This document shows, piece by piece, positions 9,805-18,800 of a DNA stretch of 37,548 nt. Location: the NCBI GenBank assembly GCA_965552135.1, contig CBEVQY010000028.1, positions 1-37,548 on the forward strand, written 5' to 3'. The position numbers and the translations under genes are program-made. Source of the stretch: an uncultured bacterium. Lineage in GTDB: Bacteria; UBP14; UBA6098; B30-G16. The notes beneath the pieces are model-generated. The model made no database searches. It had not been told where the DNA came from and saw only the letters and a list, made by a program, of their open reading frames with translations. Position 1 is the first letter of the stretch. Every line of letters begins with the position of its first letter.

Positions 9805-10666
9805 GAGGAGGGTATTGGTTACAGGCGGCAGCGGAATGCTCGGCAGCGACGTTCTGCCGCTGCTTGAAGAGGAGTTCGACGTCCTCGCCCCAAGCCACGA
9901 AAAGCTCGACGTCACCGACGCTAAAGCCGTTGAGGAGGCGGTCCAGTCGGGATTCGACATCGTTTTGCACATGGCCGCGCTGACCGACCTCGACTGGTGC
10001 GAGGACCACCCCGAGGAAGCCATGCGGGTCAACACCGGTGGCACACAAAACGTTGCGAAAGCCTGCGCAAAAGCGGGCTGCAAAATGATCTACATATCCA
10101 CAAGCGGCGTTTTCTCGGGCAGGCTCGGTCGACCCTACACCGAGGACGACACCCCAAAGCCCGCCAACGTCTACGGTCGAAGCAAATACGAGGGAGAGCT
10201 TGCGGTCGAGCGCTTCGTTGCGCCCGAGAGGCGACTTATCCTGCGGGTGGGATGGCTCTTCGGCGGCGGCAGAAAGGACAAAAAGTTCGTCGCAAAGATG
10301 TTCAAACTCATGCGCTCAACACCCAAGGTTATGGCGGTGGACGATATATGGGGCTCGCCGAACTATTCGGTCGACATAGGCAGACTTTTGGTCGAGCTTA
10401 TCGATGCACAAGCCTTCGGTCTCTTCCACGTAGCCAACTCGGGTGAGCCTGCGAGCAGATACGACGTGGCGCTCGCCATCCGCGACGCCGCAGGGTTCGA
10501 CGTCGAGGTCGAGGCTGTGCCGGCAAGCCGATTCCCAACACGGGCGCCGCGACCACCCATGGAAGCCATAACGTCGCTGCGCCTCGACGGGGTCGTCAAA
10601 AGCGGCATGCGGCACTGGCGCAACGCGCTCGAAGAATACGTGGCAAGACTCAAAAAACTTTTCTGA
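9788..10666 (+). CDS. rfbD: dTDP-4-dehydrorhamnose reductase (RmlD family SDR)
   Basis: VLVTGGSGMLG, AALTDLDWCE, YISTSGVFSG, YGRSKYEGE (YxxxK), GSPNYSVD, RAPRP; overlaps the surE stop. Confidence 0.88.
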   Translation: MASCRRRRVLVTGGSGMLGSDVLPLLEEEFDVLAPSHEKLDVTDAKAVEEAVQSGFDIVLHMAALTDLDWCEDHPEEAMRVNTGGTQNVAKACAKAGCKMIYISTSGVFSGRLGRPYTEDDTPKPANVYGRSKYEGELAVERFVAPERRLILRVGWLFGGGRKDKKFVAKMFKLMRSTPKVMAVDDIWGSPNYSVDIGRLLVELIDAQAFGLFHVANSGEPASRYDVALAIRDAAGFDVEVEAVPASRFPTRAPRPPMEAITSLRLDGVVKSGMRHWRNALEEYVARLKKLF

Positions 10667-10670
10667 GACG

Positions 10671-11774
10671 ATGCACTTCGCCGTCCTCGGCATAAGGGGA
10701 ATCCCCGCAAGCTACGGAGGCTTTGAGGTCACAGCCGAAAACGTCGTCACGCGGCTTGCAAAGCGCGGTCACAAAATCACAGTATACTGCCGAGGAAGCG
10801 GAAAGGGAAAGCCGAAAAGCTACAAAGGCGTAGAGCTTGTCTACCTCCCATCCCTCGAGCTTCCCCACATGTCCACACCGAGCCACACAACCATAGCAGC
10901 GCTTCACGCCATATTCAAACCGTACGATGCCGTGTTCGCATTCAACGTGGGAAACGCGCTGCAGGTGATGCTCCTTAGGCTCTTTGGCAAAAGATCAGTC
11001 CTTTTCGTCGACGGCTTGGACTGGAAGCGGGAGAAATACGGCAAGTTCGGCAGGTGGTTTTTGCGCCGAAGCGAAGCCGTTGCCGTAAGGGTGGCGAAAC
11101 ACATCGTCGTCGACGCCATCCCCGCAAAGGAGCACTACCTCAAAACCTACGGAGTCGAGGTGCACTACATCCCCTCCGGCTCAGAGATCGTCGACTCCGT
11201 CGAGCCCACGGGGATACTCGAGAAGCTCGGGCTTGAGCCCAAAAGGTACGTCGCCGTCATAGGCAGACTCACCCCCGAAAAACGCCAAGATATGATAGCC
11301 AGGGCGTTCAAGCGCGTTAAAACCGACATGAAGCTTGTGATAGTTGGCGGCAATCCCTACAACCCGGACTACGTTGAGCGCGTTCGCAAAGCCGCCGAAG
11401 GCGACGAAAGGATAATCGTCCCTGGACCGATCTACGGCAAGGAGGTCGACGAGCTCTACTTCAACGCCGCAGTTTTCGTCAACGCGTCGCAGATCGAGGG
11501 GACGTCTCTTTCGATACTCCAGGCTATGGGCAACGGATGCGCCCTTTTGGTGAGCGACATCCCCGAAAACGTCTCCGCGGTCCACGGAGCCGCACTCGTG
11601 TTCAAAGCCGACTCCTTCGACGACTTCGTCGAGAAGTTCCAGCGGATAGTCGACGACGAGGCGCTTCGACGAAAACTTGCCGAAAAGGCAAAGGACGTCG
11701 TCAAACGCCACTACTCCTGGGACGCCGCAACCGACAAGTTCGAAAAACTCCTCATCGACGCCGCAGAGGGATAA
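10671..11774 (+). CDS. Glycosyltransferase family 4 (GT-B; DUF1972-like N-terminus)
   Basis: GIRGIPASYGGFE, VDGLDWKREKY, IGRLTPEK, SQIEGTSLSILQAMGNG, SDIPEN motifs. Confidence 0.92.
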   Translation: MHFAVLGIRGIPASYGGFEVTAENVVTRLAKRGHKITVYCRGSGKGKPKSYKGVELVYLPSLELPHMSTPSHTTIAALHAIFKPYDAVFAFNVGNALQVMLLRLFGKRSVLFVDGLDWKREKYGKFGRWFLRRSEAVAVRVAKHIVVDAIPAKEHYLKTYGVEVHYIPSGSEIVDSVEPTGILEKLGLEPKRYVAVIGRLTPEKRQDMIARAFKRVKTDMKLVIVGGNPYNPDYVERVRKAAEGDERIIVPGPIYGKEVDELYFNAAVFVNASQIEGTSLSILQAMGNGCALLVSDIPENVSAVHGAALVFKADSFDDFVEKFQRIVDDEALRRKLAEKAKDVVKRHYSWDAATDKFEKLLIDAAEG

Positions 11775-11791
11775 AAAAACTGCCTTTAGCC

Positions 11792-11820
11792 TTGCCAAAA
11801 ACAAAAGTTTTAAGTATTGT
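11792..11820 (+). promoter_or_regulatory. sigma70-type promoter
   Basis: TTGCCA, 17-nt spacer, TATTGT in an AT-rich gap; RBS ggagg before ATG 11850. Confidence 0.6.
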
Positions 11821-11849
11821 TAATTTGTTCCCCGGAGGGCGGTGGGTTG

Positions 11850-12704
11850 ATGGCAAAGAAACGAATGACCCTTCGCGAACGCCTCGAGGAGGAGAGAAGG
11901 AAGCTTGAGGAGGCGCAGCGGGGGCAAAAGTTCAAACAAAGGCTCGTCAAGGTCAGAATAATAACCAGACCATTCTCCCTCCTGCACGGGATGAACATAT
12001 TTTACTGCGGCTACTGCGGCAAGCGGGTTTGGCTTTTTTCGGCAAGACCCTTCCGCCCGGACGAACGCATACCGCCTCTCTACTACACCTGCGAGGAAAG
12101 ATGCCAGAGGGCATCGTTCCACAGAGCAAGCTTCATCGACAAGCTCGTTATGCAGCTCATACAGCGGAGGATCAGGGAAAGCTTCCCCGAGCCGTCTTCG
12201 GGCGAAGGGTACGAGGAGCTTCTGGAGAAGTTTTCGGAGATAGACCGCCTCAAATCGGAGCGGCTTGAGCTTTTGAACAAGCTCCACTACGCAAGCTACA
12301 AGCGCGGACAGGTCCTCGAGCAGATATCGTCGCTCGACGAAAAGGTAAAGGAAATCGAAAGCCAGATAGAAAAGTACTTCGGGAGTGGCTTCAACGAAAA
12401 CCCCCTCCTCTATCCCCTCTTCACAACTCCGCCCGACAACCTAAACGAGCTTGACCTTGCATACCGCCGGAAGCTTGTTCAGCTGCTTGTTCGGCGCATA
12501 AGGTTTTTCAACGAGTTCCTCATAGTTCGCATGAACCCCCTCACGGACGAGGACAGGGCGAAAAGCGACGAGATGGGCAGGATCTTCCACATCAACCTGC
12601 GCCTGACCGACCGCGAGCGCCGCATACGCCTGCCCGACACCGTCCCAAGCCCATCGGACGCCGACGAAGCCTCAGCGGAAGCCGAGGGCGACGAAGGGAG
12701 CTAA
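11850..12704 (+). CDS. Zinc-ribbon plus coiled-coil protein resembling the C-terminal half of a large serine recombinase (no catalytic domain)
   Basis: LLHG..FYCGYCGKRV...YYTCEERC...FIDKLV (recombinase Zn beta-ribbon pattern), a two-helix coiled coil, then YRRKLVQLLVRRIRF, typical of LSR C-termini. 284 aa. Confidence 0.7.
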   Translation: MAKKRMTLRERLEEERRKLEEAQRGQKFKQRLVKVRIITRPFSLLHGMNIFYCGYCGKRVWLFSARPFRPDERIPPLYYTCEERCQRASFHRASFIDKLVMQLIQRRIRESFPEPSSGEGYEELLEKFSEIDRLKSERLELLNKLHYASYKRGQVLEQISSLDEKVKEIESQIEKYFGSGFNENPLLYPLFTTPPDNLNELDLAYRRKLVQLLVRRIRFFNEFLIVRMNPLTDEDRAKSDEMGRIFHINLRLTDRERRIRLPDTVPSPSDADEASAEAEGDEGS

Positions 12705-12772
12705 CGCCCGCGGGAATGCCCGCCCTCAAGCCAAATCCCAGGCGATGCCAGCACCAAAGCTGCAGCACCACG

Positions 12773-12802
12773 AAAAAGCCCCGGCGCATTTCGCACCGGG
12801 GC
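12773..12802 (-). terminator. Rho-independent terminator of the 2418-aa gene
   Basis: On the minus strand: gccccggtgc-gaaat-gcgccggggc followed by ttttt. Confidence 0.75.
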
Positions 12803-12827
12803 CGGGGCGGAAAGGCTTCGACCCCCA

Positions 12828-15800
12828 TCACCTCACCAGAAGCAGCCGCAGGAGCGACTCCCTGCCGCCTGCGCGCAGCCTCGCGAAATACACGCCCGAG
12901 GAAAGCCCCCTGGCATCCCAGACCGCAACGTAGCGACCAGCGGGAACAAAACCACTAAGAAGTCGATCCACCGTGCGACCGCTTATGTCCACGATGTCAA
13001 GCTCAACAGAACCGCCGCTGGGAACGAAGAACTCCACAGAGGTCGCCTCGTTGAACGGGTTGGGTCGAGCGCCAACGATCACCGCCTCCTTCGGCACCTT
13101 GCCGCCCTCGACGATGCCCGCAGTGTAGTGCTGCAGGTAGATGTCGTGCGGCAGGCTGTCGCTTGCGTCGACGTTGTACCACTCGCCCTGGCAGACGTAG
13201 AACGCCCTTTCCGCCTCAAGCCGATACACCCCCGCAGGAACACCCTCGATCTCGTATCCTCCGTCGGTGTCGGAGAGTCCGCAGTAGAGCGGCTCGCCGC
13301 TTGCAACATCGCACAGACAGACCATAACGCCCCTGAACGGCTCCACGTCGAACGCCGTGGGAACTTCGCGGTACACCGTGCCGAACACGGTGTAGGCGCC
13401 TGTGTCGGGCAGGGTTGAGCCGAGGACGAAGTTCACACCGGTCACGTCGCCTTCGACGGCGAAGGTATCGGCGCTATCCCAGTGCCAGCCAGCTCCAACA
13501 AACGCCGGCGCAAAGCCGCGCGCATAAGCCATAAGGTAGTAGCTGCCGCCCGACTTGGCGGGAAGCTCGAAGTGACCCATCTCGTCGCTTATGCCAAACG
13601 AGACGCTGAGCTCCTCGTCGTCATCGTCGTCGGCGGTAGCTATCGCAACAACGAACGCGCCCCTTATCGTCGAGCCGCTTTCGTCCTCAACGCCGCCGCT
13701 TATACGGTAGAAGCTGTGCATAATGGGGGCGACGTCGAAGTTCACCCACACCGTATCGGTGACGGAGGCATCGAGCACAACGGGGTCGGCGTCGAACGGG
13801 TAGAAGTGACCGTCCCAGAAGACGGGCGGGTAGGTGAACGTGGAGTCGAAGAGCGCGAAGAACCAAACGCCCTCGGTGAGGTTGAAGCAGAAGAATCCGT
13901 CGGCATCGGTTGTGGTGCGCACCACAAACGGCGCGCCCAGGAAGTGCAGCCCGATGATGTGCACGCCCTCCACAGGCTCGTCCGCAACGGTGTCTGTGAC
14001 AAACCCTGCGACCACGTACGTTGCGGGGGATATGACCCAGAAGGAGCAGCATGTAAGCGCGGCGTTTGGCTCGCAGTAGTCGGGAGCATCGTTTGCAGCG
14101 CCACAAACCTCAACCTCGCCCTCAAGGTCAAGACCTGCCTCAACGGGGTCTATCGAGAAGACGCCGTGCTCAGGGTCCCACGACACGCCGGGCGAATCGA
14201 CGGTGAACACCGCCGAGGAGATCGTAACCACCACCGACGCCTCGTCGACGCCGGCACCGTCATCGACGAAGTGGATGGTGATGAGGTCGGGCGGTGCATC
14301 GAGGGTGTCGCCGCAGTGGGCTATTGTGATCTCAGGCGCAGTCGTGTCGACGCCAAAGTGACCCCAAGCCGTCCCGATGTGGTACCAGTGCCAGCCCTCA
14401 TCAAACGGCTCAGAGGGCACAAACACCATCGTGTCGCCCAGAAGCTCGACCTCAGGGCTTGTGAGGCTGTAGGTCTCGCCGTCGACCGTGAAGGTGAATT
14501 CGCCAGCCGGCACGCCGTCGACGAAGAGGGCAACTATGTGCTGGTCGACGCAGCTTGTCCACGCGCTGTCCTCGGGCTCGAGCACCTCAACCTCAACCAG
14601 CGTGTCGGGCACGATCACCGTAAACGACCAGCACGTATCGACCAGGTTCCCCGCAAAGTCGGCGCCCCACAGACGCACCTCGTACTCCCCTCCGGGCAGC
14701 CAGTCGGCATACCAGTAGACGCCCCATCCGTAGCAGTCGAGCGGCGCGAAGCCAAGCTCATCGGTCACATCCTCGCCGTTTACCGTCATGCGGATTGTGG
14801 AGCTGTCGACGCCCGTTGCGAACTCCGCGCCGGGGCAGAGGTCGCAAAGCGCCGCGCCAACCGAAACCGGCGGAACTACCTCGCTGCCTGGCGCAGGAAC
14901 GACATCGTACACGCACGGAGGCCAAACGTCGACCGTCTCCGGCGCGCAGTAGGTGCTGAAGTGCACACCGTCGTCGGAGACGTTGCCGGCGTAATCACCC
15001 GCAACAACGTGGACGTAAACGTCGGCGCAGGCGGGAAGACCGTCCAAAGGAACAAGCATCACGGCGTATCCGGCGCAGTAAATCGGCTCGAGATACATCT
15101 CAAACGATATCTCCACCGTATCATCGTCGGATGTTACGGCGAACATGTGGGCTTCGATCGAGGCTGTATCGACGCCCGTGGCGAAGCCTGAACCCTCGCA
15201 CAGGTCGCATATGCTCAGCGTGACGTTCGCCTCAAGCGGCACGTTCTCCTCGCCATCGGCGGGGTGCCAGTCGGAGAAGCAAGGAGGCCAAACGTCTGTC
15301 GTCTCGGCAGGAGGGCACGTGTGCCAGGTGAAGCAAGCCGAAGGATCAAGCCAATTCCCGGCGTGATCTGCGGCGGCAACGCAAAGCGTCACGTCCTCGC
15401 CCTCGGGCAGACCACCGTAAATCCAGCTTATTCTGTAGCCGCTCCCAAGCGGCACAAGCGCACAATCGGCTGTCACATCGAGCGGCGGATTGTCGTCCAC
15501 GACGACCGTCACCGTCACCGTCGACTCATCAACGCCCGTGACAACCGGACACTCCTCGTAGTCGAACGGGTCGTATACGTCGACCACAAGCACGCCGGTG
15601 TCGGCAGGGATGCACTCAGCGGTGTCGGGCAGCTCCAACTCAGCCACAGGCGGACAGACATCGACCGTCTCCACAGGACAGCACGTATGCCAGTCGTAGC
15701 ATGCCTCCATATCGTTTCCGGCGTGGTCGGCGGCAGAAACGCACAGAAGCACCCTCTCGCACTCGGGGAGCAGCATGCCAGCGTGGTGCCACTCAACGCC

Positions 15801-18800
15801 AACGCCGCCCTCGCTCACAACGACCTCGCACTGACCGGTTATATCGAACGCCGAATCGTAGCCAAACGTCACAGTGACGACCATGGTTGATGTATCTACG
15901 CCGCTTGCGAAACCACACTCTCCGCCCTCAGGATCGACCAGCACGAAGCCCAAAGCCGACTCCACGGGCAGGCACGTATCGACCTCAGGGAACCACGAGG
16001 TGACCACAGGCGGGCAGTAGTCTGCAGTTTCGGGGAGCTCGGCGGTGAAGAAGGTCACGCAGCTTTCGCTTTCGTTGCCCGCGCTGTCTGCAACATGCGC
16101 GCAAAGCCAGTAGCACCCTCCGGGCTCAAGCCCAAGCAGCTCAAACGACCCCCAGGCGGCGCCGTAATCCCAGCTCAGGTAGAAGTCGTATCCGTCGACC
16201 TCCACGGCTTCGCCGCCACAGGGTGCGACGTATATGTGCACCGAGCCGTCCGCAAGACCGCTTGGCGGGCACCCAAACTCGCTGAAGCCCACCCAGAACA
16301 TCGTATCGCCATGTGAAAGGGCGTGCCAGCTGCCCTCGTAGAAAACGAGGGTATCGCCCTCAAGCGGCGTCGCCCACTCAACCACAGGCGGACAGGTATC
16401 GACGGGCACGTGCCCCGTATCGCAGACGACAAACGTTATGCAGTCAAAGAAGTCGTTGCCCGCGTTGTCGGCTCCCGAAACGCAAAGCGTTGCACCCGTC
16501 CCCAGCTCGAGGTAGTAGTAGGCGTCGTCGAGGACGAAGTCGGTTACGCACTCCCACACAGGTTCGTACAAAAGCCCGGCGCCAACCGTGAGCACGAAGG
16601 TGTGCCCGGCGTTGAACAGCTCGACCTCCACGCTCGACACATCAACCCCGCTGCAGATTGGGCACTCAACGCTATCGACGGGGTCCACAACCCTGAACCA
16701 TATAGGTCCAAACGGCGCGCACAGCGTGTCGCCCTCGCTGGGATGCCAGTCGAGCACGTAGGGCGCACAGGCGTCGAGGGTTTCGGCGGGACAGGTGTGG
16801 TACGTGTGGCAGTCCTCGCCCACGTTCCCCGCGTAGTCCCGAACGGTGACGCACACCGTAACGTCGACATCGGGCGGCAAAGACCACCCCACGGGATACC
16901 ACTCAAGCACCAGGCCGTAGCCTCCCCACGAAGACGCCTCACACTCGCCCGTCACATCGAGCGTATCGCTGCCGACCGCGAGCGTCACCGCGAAATTGAG
17001 GGTGTCGACGCCCGTAGCAACGGGACACTCGAACGAGTCGCACGGATCAACTATATACACCGCCCATCCGCCGCCCGGCGGTATACAACCCTCAGGCAGC
17101 CACTCAACAACCGCAGGCGGACACACATCCTCCTCCACGCCGCCGCAGACGTACCAGGTGTTGCAGTCCTCAAGCACGTTGCCCGCACCATCGGCAGCGC
17201 GAACGCACATCATAACATCGGCTCCCTCCGGAAGCGGCGACGCACTGTCGGGCGTCCAAACCACGTACAAACAACCGTAGCCCGCAGAATCAAAGTAACA
17301 ATCGTCCGTAACGTCCACAGGCTCGCCGCCTCCCACCGAAATCGATACGCTCACAGAACCCGGAACCACACCCGAAAGTGGACAGGCATCGTCGTCGCAG
17401 ATCAAAACGCCAAGGGTCGCATCGGGCATTATGCAGCTGTCCGACGGCGGGAACCAGTGATCCACAAAAGGCGCACACGTGTCCTCAGGCGGCGGAGAAC
17501 ACACATAGAAATCAACGTCGTCCCAAAGAACGTGACCTGCGCCGTCGTACGCGTGCACCAGAAGATTCACCGACACACCGTAAGGTATGCTGTAGTAGCT
17601 CGTGTCCAGAACGAACAGTGCGCTGCAGGAATCGCCGTCGCGGAAAAGACCCGCTCCCTCCGTAAGGATATACACGCCTCCCGGCACGCTGAGCTCAGCC
17701 TCAACGTAGATAATCCCCGAACAGATGCAGCCATCCCCGTGCGGGTCAACGACGTGGAACCAGATGGACCCATCGGGCGGACAAAGCGTCTCGCCCTCCG
17801 CCGGATGCCACTCCGAAACATACGGCGGACAGGTGTCCTCCTCCACGCCGCCGCAGACGTACCAGGTGTTGCAGTCCTCAAGCACGTTGCCCGCACCATC
17901 GGCAGCGCGAACGCACATCATAACATCGGCTCCCTCCGGAAGCGGCGACGCACTGTCGGGCGTCCAAACCACGTACAAACAACCGTAGCCCGCAGAATCA
18001 AAGTAACAATCGTCCGTAACGTCCACAGGCTCGCCGCCTCCCACCGAAATCGATACGCTCACAGAACCCGGAACCACACCCGAAAGTGGACAGGCATCGT
18101 CGTCGCAGATCAAAACGCCAAGGGTCGCATCGGGCATTATGCAGCTGTCCGACGGCGGGAACCAGTGATCCACAAAAGGCGCACACGTGTCCTCAGGCGG
18201 CGGAGAACACACATAGAAATCAACGTCGTCCCAAAGAACGTGACCTGCGCCGTCGTACGCGTGCACCAGAAGATTCACCGACACACCGTAAGGTATGCTG
18301 TAGTAGCTCGTGTCCAGAACGAACAGTGCGCTGCAGGAATCGCCGTCGCGGAAAAGACCCGCTCCCTCCGTAAGGATATACACGCCTCCCGGCACGCTGA
18401 GCTCAGCCTCAACGTAGATAATCCCCGAACAGATGCAGCCATCCCCGTGCGGGTCAACGACGTGGAACCAGATGGACCCATCGGGCGGACAAAGCGTCTC
18501 GCCCTCCGCCGGATGCCACTCCGAAACATACGGCGGACAGGTGTCCTCGAGGGACGGTGAACAGACGTAGAAGCTTACCGTGTCGTGATACCAATTCCAT
18601 TCGTAGTCGTAGATGTCCAGGACGAGCGTGACCTCCGCGCCGAAGTCGAGGTCGTAATACGCCGTGTCGAGCCAGAAATACACCGAGCACGACGAGAACG
18701 GATCGTATCCCGCACCGTAGTCGGGGGCAAGGTAATAGGTTGTCTCGGGGGTTATCAGGGTGAAGTGGGTGTACGCCCCATCAAGCAGGATGCCCGAGCA

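Noticed and set aside
17128..18548. Possible DGR template/variable repeat pair
   Set aside because: The copies appear identical with no adenine-specific mismatches, both are in-frame coding, and no reverse transcriptase is present.
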